The notes under the pieces were generated by a model. That model ran no database searches and was not told the origin of the DNA. It worked only from the letters and a program-made list of their open reading frames with translations. From Acidimicrobiales bacterium (lineage in GTDB: Bacteria; Actinomycetota; Acidimicrobiia; Acidimicrobiales; Bin134): a stretch of DNA of 64,000 nucleotides. This document shows, piece after piece, positions 42,492-53,119 of this stretch. The stretch lies in the NCBI GenBank assembly GCA_965231915.1, contig OZ246892.1:1092514-1156513 (forward strand), in the 5' to 3' direction. Every line of letters begins with the position of its first letter. Position 1 is the stretch's first letter. The translations under genes and the position numbers were made by a program.

Positions 42492-43403
42492 ATGGCCCTT
42501 GCCGCCGAAACCGACATCTGGCGGTTCCAGCCTCACGCCGAGGTCTGGCTGATCCTGCTGGCCGCCATCGCCATGGCCTGGTACGCGGCCCGGATCATCG
42601 CTCCCAAGGCCGCTCCGGCGGGCGAAGCCCCGTTTGCCCGCTACCACAAGCTGGCCTTCGTCGGGGCCATGGTGTTGCTGTGGGTGGCCAGCGACTGGCC
42701 GATGCACGACATCTCCGAGGAGTACCTGTACTCGGTACACATGATCCAGCACCTGCTCATCACCTTTGTGGTGCCCCCGCTGCTGTGGGCGGCCATGCCC
42801 GAGTGGCTGGCCCGGCTGGTGCTCAGCGGCGACGGCAGCGCCGGGGTGTGGGTGCGGCGGCTGGCCCGGCCGGTGGTGGCCGGGGTTCTGTTCAACTTCA
42901 TGGTGGCGGTGAGCCACATCCCCTGGGTGGTCAACACCTCGGTGGAGAGCGGTGCCCTGCACTATTTCGTACACCTGCTGCTGTTCGGCTCCGCGATGGT
43001 GATGTGGCTGCCGGTGTGCGGCCCGATCCCCGAGCTGCGAATGGGCGCTCCCGGCAAGATGATCTACCTGTTCTTGATGTCGGTCGTGCCCACCGTGCCC
43101 GGCGCGTTCTTGACCTTTGCCCAGGGCGCGGTCTACAGCGTCTACGACCACGACGTCCGCATGTGGGGCATAGGCGTGCGGGCCGACCAGCAAGCGGCCG
43201 GGCTCATCATGAAGCTGGTGGGCGGCATGTACCTGTGGGCATGGATCGGGGTGCTGTTCTTCCGCTGGGCCGGCGTCCAGCAGCGGGCCAACACCCAGAT
43301 GCGGGTGGTGACCACAGTCCCGTCGGGGCCCATTGCCGCCGATACTCGGGTTCCGGCCACGTCGGGTTCCAACGGCTCCCGCACCACCAACGGTTCTCGA
43401 TGA
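42492..43403 (+). CDS. ctaG: cytochrome c oxidase assembly factor CtaG (caa3_CtaG family)
   Basis: Polytopic; MIQHLLITFVVPPLLW, MWLPVCGP. Confidence 0.8.
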   Translation: MALAAETDIWRFQPHAEVWLILLAAIAMAWYAARIIAPKAAPAGEAPFARYHKLAFVGAMVLLWVASDWPMHDISEEYLYSVHMIQHLLITFVVPPLLWAAMPEWLARLVLSGDGSAGVWVRRLARPVVAGVLFNFMVAVSHIPWVVNTSVESGALHYFVHLLLFGSAMVMWLPVCGPIPELRMGAPGKMIYLFLMSVVPTVPGAFLTFAQGAVYSVYDHDVRMWGIGVRADQQAAGLIMKLVGGMYLWAWIGVLFFRWAGVQQRANTQMRVVTTVPSGPIAADTRVPATSGSNGSRTTNGSR

Positions 43404-44674
43404 TCGATCTGCGCTTGGTGCGCTCCGACTACGACGCGGCACGGGCTGCGCTGGCCCGACGGGGGATCGACCTGTCAGAACTGGAGCAGGTGGCGGCCCT
43501 TGATGAGCGGCACCGCAACCTCACCACCGAGCGGGATGCCCTGCGCCATGAGGTAAAGGAGCTGTCTCAGCAGGTCGGCCAGCTCAAGCGCGACGGCTGC
43601 GATGTTGAGGCAGATGCCGCGGCTGGCGAGAGCCGCCAGCGGGGCGAGCAGGCAAAGGCCCTGGCCGCCGAGGCCGATGCAGTTGCCGACGAAATCCACC
43701 AGCTGTTGCTGCACATCCCCAACCTGCCCGCCGCCGACGCCCCCGACGGCGCGGACGCCGCCGACAATCCGGTTCTGCGGGTGGAGAACTTCGATCCCGA
43801 TTCCTACGGCGAGCACCAGCGGGTTCCCCACTGGGAGTTTGCCCTTGAGGCTGGCTGGTTGGATATGGAGCGGGCCGCCAAGCTGTCGGGGTCCATGTTC
43901 GCCATGCTCCGTGGACCGGGGGCTTCCCTGGCCCGGGCTATGGTCCAGTTCGGGCTCGACCGCAACGCCGACCGCTACGAGGAGATCCGCCCGCCCACCC
44001 TGGTCCACAGCCAGGTCATGGTGAGCACCGGCCAGCTCCCCAAGTTCGCCGACGACGCCTACTGGCTGGAGCGAGACGACCTGTGGGCCATCCCCACCGC
44101 CGAGGTGCCGCTCACCTCGCTGGCCTCCGGGGAGATACTCGACGAGGCCGACCTGCCCATGAGGATGATGGCCCACACCTCCTGCTATCGCCGGGAGGCC
44201 GGTGCCGCGGGCCGCGACACCCGGGGTCTGTTGCGAGTTCACGAGTTCGACAAGGTTGAGATCTTGGCCTATGCCACTCCGGACCAAGCGCCCGCGGTTC
44301 ACGCTGAGATCCTGGAGCGGGCCGAGGCCGCAGTAGCCGAGTTGGGTTTGGCCTACCGCATCGTGGACATCAGCACCGGCGATCTGGGCCAGTCCCACCA
44401 CCGGTCGTGGGATGTGGAGGTTTACGCCCCCGGCGCCGATCAATGGCTTGAGGTGTCGTCGTGCTCGTGGTACTCCGACTACCAGGCCCGCCGAGCCAAC
44501 CTCCGCTACCGGCCCACCGGCGAAAAGGGCACCCGCATCCTCCACACCCTCAACGGCTCCGCCCTCGCCGTCCCCCGGGTATGGGCCGCCATAGTCGAGA
44601 CCTACCGCCAACCCGACGGCTCCGTGGTGATCCCCGAAGTCCTGCGCCCCTATATGGGCCGCGACGTGCTCTGA
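43400..44674 (+). CDS. serS: seryl-tRNA synthetase
   Basis: N-terminal coiled coil MIDLRLVRSD..., class II motifs FRVHEFDKVE, TLNGSALAVPRVWAAIVE; ATGA overlap with ctaG. Confidence 0.9.
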   Translation: MIDLRLVRSDYDAARAALARRGIDLSELEQVAALDERHRNLTTERDALRHEVKELSQQVGQLKRDGCDVEADAAAGESRQRGEQAKALAAEADAVADEIHQLLLHIPNLPAADAPDGADAADNPVLRVENFDPDSYGEHQRVPHWEFALEAGWLDMERAAKLSGSMFAMLRGPGASLARAMVQFGLDRNADRYEEIRPPTLVHSQVMVSTGQLPKFADDAYWLERDDLWAIPTAEVPLTSLASGEILDEADLPMRMMAHTSCYRREAGAAGRDTRGLLRVHEFDKVEILAYATPDQAPAVHAEILERAEAAVAELGLAYRIVDISTGDLGQSHHRSWDVEVYAPGADQWLEVSSCSWYSDYQARRANLRYRPTGEKGTRILHTLNGSALAVPRVWAAIVETYRQPDGSVVIPEVLRPYMGRDVL

Positions 44675-44741
44675 GCGGCCTTCGAGGAGAAGTCTCCTTT
44701 ACCGGACCCGCGGGCGATGCTCGAAGCCCGTGTTCTGGCAA

Positions 44742-46703
44742 TCAGTGCAGTCGAGTTCGCTCTTGGGTGGGGGTGTGGAAGACGACTAGGACTTGTCCGG
44801 TGCCGACCTGGTCGCCCACGCTGACCTGCACCTCGGCGATTTCGAGGTCGGCTGGAGCGGCCAGGGTGTGGAACATCTTCATTGCTTCGAGCACGACGAT
44901 GGTGTCCCCGGCAGACACCCTGTCTCCGGGCTTGGCGTTCAGTTCGGTGATTGCCGCAGGGAATGGGGCCACGAGCGTGTGAGCGCCGCTTCCGGATGTG
45001 GCGGGGTCGTTCGACCACAGTTCTGATGTGTCGAGGAGGGTGAATGTGTGGGTGTGGCCCGCGACGTTGACGGCCACCACATCGCAGAGCATGTCGACCG
45101 CGACGGGATACCGGTTGTCTCCCAACGAGAAGTAGTTGCCCGGCGATGACTGATCCCGCTCCGAGCGGCCGTCGCCATGTTCCTCGGGCTCGATCTCAAT
45201 TCGGTGGATTTCCCCGTGGGAGTCGCGCAGTGCAAGTTGGCGGGGGCTTCGGTGGGGTGTGATGCGGAACGGGCCTTTTGCATGCCATGGATCTGGTTGG
45301 CGGGCTTCTCGCCCTGCGGCGAGCCAGGCTCGGGCTGCTATGTCGAGGGGTGGCGCAGGTTGCTCGGGCAGGGCGGTTTCGTCGAGGAATCGGGTGGTGA
45401 CCCGCCCGGCGACGATTGGGGGTTGGTCGATGAGCCAGCGGTGGAATCCTGCGGTGGTGATGAGGCCGGTGATGATGGTTTCGTCGAGCGCGTCTCGCAG
45501 CTGTTGTCGGGCGGTGTCGCGGTCGGGGCCGGCGCTGATGAGCTTGGCGATCATCGAGTCGTAGTGGGGGGTGATTTCGCTGCCCGGTTCGACGGCGCTG
45601 TCCCATCGGACCCAGTCCGGCACTCGAATGGTCCCGATGGTCCCGATTTGGGGTTGGAATCCGATGGCAGGGTTCTCGGCGTTGATCCTTGCTTCGAACG
45701 CGTGGCCGTCGAAGCGCACGTCGTTTTGGCCGATGGGCAGTTCCTTGCCGGCGGCGATGCGTATCTGGAGTTCGACGAGGTCGAGGCCGGTGATCAGCTC
45801 GGTGACGGGGTGTTCAACCTGTAGTCGGGTGTTGACCTCCAAGAAGAAGTAGTCGCCGGTCTGGTCGTCGACCACGAATTCCACTGTCCCGACCGAGTCG
45901 TAGCCTGCTGCACGGGCGAGGTCCACCGCGGCGGTTTGGAGGCCCGACCGTGTGGCGTCGGGCAGGTTGGGTGCGGGGGCCTCTTCGAGGAGCTTCTGAT
46001 AGCGGCGCTGAACCGAGCATTCCCGGGTCCCGAGGTGGATGACACCGCCGTGGTGGTCGGCGGCGATCTGGACTTCGATGTGGCGAGGCTGTTGGATGTA
46101 GCGCTCGACGATCACCGCGCTGTCGCCGAATGCCCGCTGGGCTTCGGCTTGGGCCTGGTCGAGCGCGGCATCGAATTGGCTGGCATCGTCGACGATGCGG
46201 ATCCCTCGGCCGCCCCCGCCGGCTGAGGCTTTGATCAGCACCGGGTAGCCGATTTGCTCAGCAGCCTGGACGAGGTCGTGGGGGTCCTGGGACTGGTCGT
46301 AGCCGGGGATGACCGGGATGTCGGCCGCGCAAGCGAGTCGGCGGGCTTCGATCTTGGATCCCAGCGAGGCCATGGTTGCGGGTCGGGGGCCGACCCAGAC
46401 GCGCCCGGAGGCGATCACCGCGGCTGCGAAGTCGGCGTTCTCCGACAAGAACCCGTAGCCGGGATGGATGGCGGTGGCGCCGCTTTCGTCGGCGGCGGCC
46501 ATGACCGCGTCGATCGACAAGTATGAGCGGGCGGGGTCAGCGGGCCCCAGGCGGCACTTGGAGGTGGCCTCGGAAACGAAGGGCGCTTGCCAGTCGGCGT
46601 CGGAGTGCACGGCGACGGTCTCCAAGCCCATGCGGCAGGCGGTGCGGATGACGCGCCGGGCGATCTCGCCCCGGTTGGCGATCAGGATCCGCAAGGGCCT
46701 CAC
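44742..46703 (-). CDS. acyl-CoA carboxylase alpha subunit (biotin carboxylase + BCCP)
   Basis: RILIANRGEIARRV, ATP-grasp core, C-terminal EAMKMF biotinyl-Lys motif. GTG start overlaps upstream TGA (GTGA). The 110-aa Arg-rich N-extension of the ORF is rejected. Confidence 0.85.
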   Translation of the reverse strand: MRPLRILIANRGEIARRVIRTACRMGLETVAVHSDADWQAPFVSEATSKCRLGPADPARSYLSIDAVMAAADESGATAIHPGYGFLSENADFAAAVIASGRVWVGPRPATMASLGSKIEARRLACAADIPVIPGYDQSQDPHDLVQAAEQIGYPVLIKASAGGGGRGIRIVDDASQFDAALDQAQAEAQRAFGDSAVIVERYIQQPRHIEVQIAADHHGGVIHLGTRECSVQRRYQKLLEEAPAPNLPDATRSGLQTAAVDLARAAGYDSVGTVEFVVDDQTGDYFFLEVNTRLQVEHPVTELITGLDLVELQIRIAAGKELPIGQNDVRFDGHAFEARINAENPAIGFQPQIGTIGTIRVPDWVRWDSAVEPGSEITPHYDSMIAKLISAGPDRDTARQQLRDALDETIITGLITTAGFHRWLIDQPPIVAGRVTTRFLDETALPEQPAPPLDIAARAWLAAGREARQPDPWHAKGPFRITPHRSPRQLALRDSHGEIHRIEIEPEEHGDGRSERDQSSPGNYFSLGDNRYPVAVDMLCDVVAVNVAGHTHTFTLLDTSELWSNDPATSGSGAHTLVAPFPAAITELNAKPGDRVSAGDTIVVLEAMKMFHTLAAPADLEIAEVQVSVGDQVGTGQVLVVFHTPTQERTRLH

Positions 46704-48322
46704 ATCCGATATACGAGGGGCCGCGATGGCGGGGCGTCGTCTTGGCGGCTGGCCAGGGCCAGACACAGGCCGAGCGCGTCGCGGGTGTCGACGGGGTCGA
46801 TCAGCCCGTCGTCCCACAGCCGCGACGTGGCGTAGTAGGGGTCGGACTGCGTCTCGTATTGGTCGCGGACCTCGGCTCGCAGAGCGGCGAACTCCTCCTC
46901 GCTGGTGTCGTCGGAGTCGAGGCCGCCGAGGCGTATGTCGACGAGCACGGTCTCGGCGGTGGCTGCGGCCATCGTGGCGATCCGCGAGTTGGGCCACGCG
47001 AACAAAAACCTCGGATTGAAACCGCGGCCGCACATGCCGTAGTTCCCCGCTCCGTACGACCCGCCGATGAGCACGGTGTAGCGGGGCACGGTGGCGTTGG
47101 CCACCGCGGCCACCATCTTGGCCCCGTGCTTGGCGATGCCGGCGGCCTCGGAGTCACGCCCCACCATGTAGCCCGACGTGTTCTGCAAGAAAACCAGCGG
47201 GATCCGGCGCTGCTCGCACAGCTCGATGAAGTGTGTGGCCTTGAGCGCTGACTCGCTGAAGATGATGCCGTTGTTGGCCACGATGCCGATGAGGTGGCCC
47301 CAGATGCGGGCGAAGCCGCACACGATGGACGACCCCCATTCCGGCTTGAACGCGGCAAAGCGCGAGCCGTCTACCACGCGGGCGATGATCTCGGTGGCGT
47401 CGAACGGGACCCGGTCGTCGGCGTTGACGATGCCGTAGATCTCGGCTGGGTCATAGGCCGGCGGTTCCGGCGTCTGCCAGTTAGACCACGGCTGGCGGTC
47501 GCCGATCAGACGCTGGTTGGTGGACTCGCAGATCTCGCGCAATAGGCCGTAGGCCTCGTGCTCGCTTGCCGCCATGTGGTCGCTGACCCCTGACGTGCGG
47601 GTGTGGACATCGGCGCCGCCTAGCTCGTCGGGATCGACGATCTCGCCCAGGGCGGCCTTGACGATGGGCGGGCCGCCCAAGAAGATCCGCCCGATCCCCT
47701 CCACCATGATCACCTCGTCGCTCAGCGCCGGAACATAGGCGCCCCCAGCAGTGCAGCCCCCCAGCACCACCGAGAGCTGGGGCAGCCCTTGGGCCGACAG
47801 CCTGGCCTGGCGGTAGAACGAGCCTCCGAAATGGTCCTTGTCGGGAAAAATCTCATCTTGGAGCGGCAAGAACGCGCCGCCGGAGTCCACCAGGTAGATG
47901 ACCCCGAGCTCGTTCTCCTCGGCGATCTGCTGCGCCCTCACATGCTTTTTGATCGACACCGGCAGCAGCGAACCCCCCTTGACGGTGGCGTCGTTGGCAA
48001 TGAACACATAAGGCGCATCGTGCACCAGCCCGATCCCGGTGACGATCCCAGCGCCGGGCGCGGTGTCACCGTATTGGCCCCACCCCGACAAAGTGGACAG
48101 CTCCAAGAACGGGCTCCCGCCGTCGATGACCAAATCAATGCGGTCCCTCACCAACAGCTTGTTGCGGGCCAAGTGGCGCTCTATCGACCGCTCCCGCCGG
48201 GGACCACCCGAGATGGCCACTTGCTGACACTCTTTCAGAGTGGCCACCATCCCCTGGTACCACTCGGAGTTGGCCGCGAAGACCTCCGAACGCGTGTCGA
48301 TGCGCGACTCGATTTTTCTCAT
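46700..48322 (-). CDS. acyl-CoA carboxylase carboxyltransferase (beta) subunit, MCCase/PCCase-like
   Basis: Two crotonase-like halves; GGAFLPLQDE, VLGGCTAGGAYVP, SYGAGNYGM. Confidence 0.85.
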   Translation of the reverse strand: MRKIESRIDTRSEVFAANSEWYQGMVATLKECQQVAISGGPRRERSIERHLARNKLLVRDRIDLVIDGGSPFLELSTLSGWGQYGDTAPGAGIVTGIGLVHDAPYVFIANDATVKGGSLLPVSIKKHVRAQQIAEENELGVIYLVDSGGAFLPLQDEIFPDKDHFGGSFYRQARLSAQGLPQLSVVLGGCTAGGAYVPALSDEVIMVEGIGRIFLGGPPIVKAALGEIVDPDELGGADVHTRTSGVSDHMAASEHEAYGLLREICESTNQRLIGDRQPWSNWQTPEPPAYDPAEIYGIVNADDRVPFDATEIIARVVDGSRFAAFKPEWGSSIVCGFARIWGHLIGIVANNGIIFSESALKATHFIELCEQRRIPLVFLQNTSGYMVGRDSEAAGIAKHGAKMVAAVANATVPRYTVLIGGSYGAGNYGMCGRGFNPRFLFAWPNSRIATMAAATAETVLVDIRLGGLDSDDTSEEEFAALRAEVRDQYETQSDPYYATSRLWDDGLIDPVDTRDALGLCLALASRQDDAPPSRPLVYRM

Positions 48323-48532
48323 CTGCCGTCCGGTTCTACTGGTCCGCAAACGGGTCTGGCGCCGAGCCCTGCGAGATAGTCGCTGGCCCAGTCGACTAGG
48401 GCATGGCCGTTGCGGCGGAATGCTTCGGGGTCGAGCGGGTCGGTCTCGGAGGGCGCTTGATTCGGCATTCCACCGTTCCTTACGAGGTGCTATGGGCCAT
48501 TGCGACGTTCAGGCTCACAGGCAGTCGGTAAC

Positions 48533-49243
48533 TCAGCTTTTGGGCGGTGGGGGCATGTAGGTCTTGCGGCTGGGTTTGAGGCCCATCGACTGAAGTGTGA
48601 GCAGCAGGCCCAGTGAGGCCCCGGTGGGGTCGACTACCGGAACTCGGGTGTGCTCTGCTTCGAGCTTTTCCTGGAGGGTGGCTGCGACTCCCAGCATGCC
48701 GGTGCAGCCCAAGACCAGGACATCGGCGCCGCTGGTTTCGATAGCCCGGCATGACGCCTCGAACAGGCTCTTTAGGAGCGCGTCGCCGTCGTGGAGTTCG
48801 AGCACCGGGGTGTCGATAACTTCGATGGAGGCCATGCGGTTTCTGATGCCCATACGGGTGGCGAGGCCGGAGATCATCGGGACAACGTTGTCCAGCACAG
48901 TCACGACCGAGAAGCGGTCGCCGAGAGTCAGCGCGGTGGCAATGGCGGGTTCGAACCCGCCGACGACGGGGATGTCGACGATCTCTCGGGATGCGGGAAC
49001 GGCGGGGTCGCCAAAGCAGGTGATGAACACGGCGTCTGCTCCGCGGTCTGCTGCGTTGGCCACTTCGGCGACGATGGGCGGTCCGGCGAGGACTTCGTCG
49101 TAGAACGACTCGATCGATGCCGGTCCGGATTGCAGGTGGGATATCTCCAGGTCGATTTCGGGTCCGAGGAATCCCCGGGCCTCTTTCTCGACTTGCTCGT
49201 TGAATTGGTCCGATGTGATCGGGACGACGATGTGGATTTTCAC
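48533..49243 (-). CDS. Asp/Glu/hydantoin racemase-family protein
   Basis: ITCFGDP and LGCTGM (two catalytic Cys motifs). Confidence 0.75.
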   Translation of the reverse strand: MKIHIVVPITSDQFNEQVEKEARGFLGPEIDLEISHLQSGPASIESFYDEVLAGPPIVAEVANAADRGADAVFITCFGDPAVPASREIVDIPVVGGFEPAIATALTLGDRFSVVTVLDNVVPMISGLATRMGIRNRMASIEVIDTPVLELHDGDALLKSLFEASCRAIETSGADVLVLGCTGMLGVAATLQEKLEAEHTRVPVVDPTGASLGLLLTLQSMGLKPSRKTYMPPPPKS

Positions 49244-49265
49244 GGAGTGCCTTTCTCTGTGTTGG

Positions 49266-50207
49266 TTACGTTCGGCGGGATCGGGACCAGGCGTCTGCGG
49301 CGACAGCGACCAGGATCACGACGCCTTGGATTATCCGCTGCCAGATGGGATCGATCTGGTGGAGGTTAAATCCGTTGACCATGAACGCGATGAACAACGC
49401 GCCCAGAAGCGTTCTCCACACCGCCCCCGTGCCGCCGGCAATGGAGGTGCCGCCGACGACGATGGCCGCTATGACGCCGAAGACAAAGCTGAAGTCGTCC
49501 GACGGTGTGGCACTGATGGCCCTTGACGATGCCACGACCCCCGCAAGGCCGGCGGCCAATCCCGACAGGGCGAACACCAGCACGATGATCCGGCCGGTTC
49601 GGATACCGGCCAGCTTGGCCGCCTCGATGTTGCCGCCGGTGGCGTAGACGTGGCGGCCGAATCGGGTGGCGGACAAAGTGACCCAGGCGATGGCCACCAC
49701 CCCCAGCGAGATCCACGTCGCGGTTGTCAGATCGGCGACCCGGGTCCTTGCGATGTCGCGGTAGTTCTCGCTCTCTGGGCGCAAAATGCTCCGGTCGCTA
49801 ACCAGGAAGCCGATTCCGAACACGATGAAAGACGTCGCCAGTGTCGTGATGAAGGAGTTGATCTTGGCGAACGACACGACCGACCCGTTCACCGTGCCGA
49901 CAACCAGGCCGAATGCGCATCCCGCCAACAGCGCCAGCGCCACCGACCCGGTGGCGTTCTCGACCCGCAGGGCGACGAGTGGTGCGGCCACGGCCACCGC
50001 GGAGATCGACACGTCGAAGCCGCCTGCGATCATGGTGAGCGTTGCCACCGATGCGGCGATCAGCAGCGTGGCTTGCTGATCCAGAACGTTGCGGAGGTTG
50101 GGCCCGGTCAAGAACCCGTCGGTGGTGATGGCCAGCACCACAAACAGCGCCAGGGTCACCCAGACGATCCCGTATCGGGCCAGGGCTGCGAACGGGCTGG
50201 TGTTCAC
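49266..50207 (-). CDS. sugar-type (RbsC-like) ABC transporter permease
   Basis: About 9 TM; ATGGNIEAAKLAGI conserved loop. Confidence 0.8.
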   Translation of the reverse strand: MNTSPFAALARYGIVWVTLALFVVLAITTDGFLTGPNLRNVLDQQATLLIAASVATLTMIAGGFDVSISAVAVAAPLVALRVENATGSVALALLAGCAFGLVVGTVNGSVVSFAKINSFITTLATSFIVFGIGFLVSDRSILRPESENYRDIARTRVADLTTATWISLGVVAIAWVTLSATRFGRHVYATGGNIEAAKLAGIRTGRIIVLVFALSGLAAGLAGVVASSRAISATPSDDFSFVFGVIAAIVVGGTSIAGGTGAVWRTLLGALFIAFMVNGFNLHQIDPIWQRIIQGVVILVAVAADAWSRSRRT

Positions 50208-51808
50208 TGTTGATCCGCAGTCTGCCGGTCGGAGGGCTGGGTGGGTTCGCCGCCGAAGGCCTGGCGCAGTATTTCGGCTTCGTCGAGGTCGGGATGGGAG
50301 AACTCGGCCACGAATTGGCCTGCTCTCATCACGACGATGCGGTGGCAGAGTCCGATCAGCTCCTCCAGTTCGGAGGAGACGATAAGCACGGCCAGCCCGT
50401 TGCCGGACGCTGAGGCGATCAGGTCGTAGATTGATCGTTTGGACCCCACGTCGACGCCCCTTGTCGGCTCGTCCGCGATCAGGACTTTGAGGCCGGGGAC
50501 CATCCAGCGGGCGAAGAGGCTTTTCTGCTGGTTGCCGCCCGAGAGCAGGTGGATGGGTGTCTCCAAGCCGCCGCCGCGCACCTCGGCACCGGCCGCTGCG
50601 GCGACGACGAGGTTGCGCTCGGCGCGCCGGGAGACGATGCCGGCTCTTGTGGTCCGGCTCAGGTGGGGAAGGCTGATGTTCTCCCGCAGGCTCCTGTCGG
50701 GGAGCAGGCCCTGGTCGCGGCGCGACTCGGGGATGAGGCCCAGACCGCGCCGGATTGCGCGCGTCGGCCTTAGCCGGCTCTACAACAGCGGTCGGCGGAG
50801 GGCCCGGGCAGGGGGTCGGGCCAGGGGCTCCCCTGCGATTTGGATCTCTCCTTCTGTGATCGTGTCTGCCCCGTAGACCGCTCTCGCGAACTCGGTACGG
50901 CCTGCTCCGACGAGTCCGGCGAGGCCGACGATCTCACCGCTGTACACGTCGAGGTCGAGGCCGCGCTGTGCTCCCAGCCCCGGGCGGCGAAGCCCCCTGA
51001 CTCGCAGCGCCGGCGGTTCGCCCTGCCGGGGCTGCCCGGGTTGGGTGGGCACCGCTTTGGGCGGGTAGTTGCCGGCCAGTTGCCGGCCGATCATGGCCTC
51101 AATGAGGGTGTCGGTAGTCTCGGCGTCAGCTTCGGCGGTTCGCACGATGCGGCCGTCGCGCACCACCGTGACGGCGTCGGACAAGTCGAGCACTTCTTGG
51201 AGGAAGTGGGAGATCAACAACACGGTTGTCCCGCGTTCTCGCATCTCCCGCAGAAGCCGGTGGAGCTGGTCTCTCTCGGTGCCTGAGAGGCGAGCTGAGG
51301 GCTCGTCCATGATCACGAACTCGGCTCCCCGGGCCGCTGCCCGCAGAATCTCCACCAACTGCTGTTCGGCCACCGAGAGGCTCCCCGCTGTCGGGGCGGG
51401 ATCCAGCTGGATTCCGGTGCTCGAGGTCAATGAGGCGAACCGGCGCTGGGTGCCGCGGCGGGACATGAACCCGAATCGAGCGGCCTCCACGCCGCAGAAC
51501 ACGTTGTCGGCCACGCTGCGGTCCTTGAAGAGCGAAAGCTCTTGGGCGATCGTCGTGATGCCCGCCGCAAAAGCCTGCCGTGGAGTGCGGAACGACTCCA
51601 GCCGCCCGTTCACCAGCAGCGAGCCCCTGTCGGCGGTGTAGACGCCGGAGATGATCTTGCCGATGGTGGACTTCCCGGCGCCGTTCTCGCCGACGAGGCC
51701 GTGGATCGATCCCCGTTCAACGGCCAGGCTGGCATCGTCGACTGCCTGGGTGGTTCCGAACCGCTTGGAGATGCCCCTTAGCTCGACATGGTTTGCGTTG
51801 TCAGCCAT
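50204..51808 (-). pseudogene. double-NBD (RbsA-like) ABC ATPase interrupted by one in-frame TAG
   Basis: NBD1 GENGAGKST ... MDEPSARL; NBD2 GLVGAGRTE ... LSGGNQQKS ... LIADEPTRGVD. TAG at 50782-50780 is in the same frame as both halves. Confidence 0.7.
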
Positions 51809-52934
51809 CCCATTCGGCGGTGAACTGGTCCACATTGGCCGCAGTCACCATCCCATCGTCGACGAAATCGGCATTGGGATCAACACCACCGGTGTATGCG
51901 CCGTCTTCGAGAGCTGCGATCATAGCTTCCATCGCCAGGCGCCCCTCGCTAGCCGGCGCGTAGAACACGGTGGCGAACCAGCGGCCGTCTCTGACACCCT
52001 CGATCGCCGGCGACGATCCGCCGAGGCCGATAAGGGCCACATTGTCGAGGTTGCCCTCGTCGGTCAGCACGAGCTCGACGCCTTGCAGCGACTGGTCCGC
52101 TCCTACGACAACGTCGAATTCGGGCTCGGCCTGGAGGATGTCCTGGATGGCGTTGATGCCTCCTTCGGGGCCGAGGTACTGGCCCTCCCCTTCGGCGACG
52201 ACCTTGATGTTGGACTGTCCTGCGGTGGCGTTGTCGAATCCCTGGCGGAGCGCCACATCGAGGGGGAAGCCCTTGATGCCGTAGAGGTACACCACCCGGC
52301 ACGGGTCCAAATCAGCGCATGCGGCGATGGTGAGCTGCCCAGCCCGCTCACCGGTGACGACCGGAGGGGCCATGATCGAGGCGGCTACCCCGTCGACTTG
52401 GGGCTCGTTGGTGGAGAGGTCGTCGCCGACGATTTGGTTGAACAGCACGACCTCGAGCCCTGCGTCCAGAGCGGCTTCGACGTCGGGAACCAGTCCGGGG
52501 CCGTTCAACGCGACCAGGATGATGCCGTCGTACTGTCCGCTAGTAACCGCATCTTGGAGCTGGGTGGTCTGAAGGTCGGCGTTGAATTGGGCGTCGAACT
52601 CCACCATATCGATGTTGTTCTCATCGGCGAGCCGCTGCATCTCGCCCACCGACGCTAACAAGAACGTGTTCGCCGAGCTGGCCGACAAATAGGCGATCTT
52701 CCACGGCTCGGGCGCTGCGGTGGGCTCCGCCGTCGCCTCGGGTGTGGGATCGGGCGCGGCGGTCGCCTGTGTCTCCGCGGTGGGCTCAGGTGCGGCCGTC
52801 GCCTGCGACACGGCCTCTGTCGGCGCAGGCGCCGTGTCGGAGTCGTCGTCATTGCCGCAAGCAGCGGCGATCAGTGACAGTGCGACCAGCGCACCGAGAA
52901 TTCGGGTTGCGCATTTTGCAGTTATCGCCTTCAT
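51801..52934 (-). CDS. sugar-type ABC substrate-binding lipoprotein
   Basis: Lipobox LIAAAC, Pro/Thr/Ala/Glu-rich linker, RbsB-like periplasmic binding fold length. Confidence 0.8.
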   Translation of the reverse strand: MKAITAKCATRILGALVALSLIAAACGNDDDSDTAPAPTEAVSQATAAPEPTAETQATAAPDPTPEATAEPTAAPEPWKIAYLSASSANTFLLASVGEMQRLADENNIDMVEFDAQFNADLQTTQLQDAVTSGQYDGIILVALNGPGLVPDVEAALDAGLEVVLFNQIVGDDLSTNEPQVDGVAASIMAPPVVTGERAGQLTIAACADLDPCRVVYLYGIKGFPLDVALRQGFDNATAGQSNIKVVAEGEGQYLGPEGGINAIQDILQAEPEFDVVVGADQSLQGVELVLTDEGNLDNVALIGLGGSSPAIEGVRDGRWFATVFYAPASEGRLAMEAMIAALEDGAYTGGVDPNADFVDDGMVTAANVDQFTAEWDG

Positions 52935-53119
52935 CGGATCTCCCCTAAATCTGGGCGTAGTAGCTCAAGCAAGCACCGTAAAGAGCCGCCTCAACGCCGC
53001 TCAATGGGCAGACCGCTGAGATATGGGCCTCAGACAGTGCAGATCATGCACAGCGGGTTGGGGTAGCAGACGATTTCGGAGAGGCTGTCGCCCGTTCCTT
53101 GCCTGAGTCGCGTTCGGAG

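Noticed and set aside
46704-47033. 110-codon N-terminal extension of the carboxylase alpha ORF; likewise 35774-36487 for the CoxIII-like ORF and 41079-41384 / 41489-42025 / 42680-43399 for ctaE, ctaF and serS
   Set aside because: The extensions overlap the preceding gene in another frame and are Arg/Pro-rich. Internal starts with stop-start overlaps (GTGA, ATGA, TGATG) fit the conserved N-termini.
9461-50782. TAG reassignment or programmed read-through as an explanation for the two in-frame TAGs (9461-9463 and 50780-50782)
   Set aside because: TAG terminates several well-defined genes here at conserved C-termini, for example the thiolase at 3708-3710 and the OYE reductase at 7744-7746. Decay or rearrangement is the simpler explanation.
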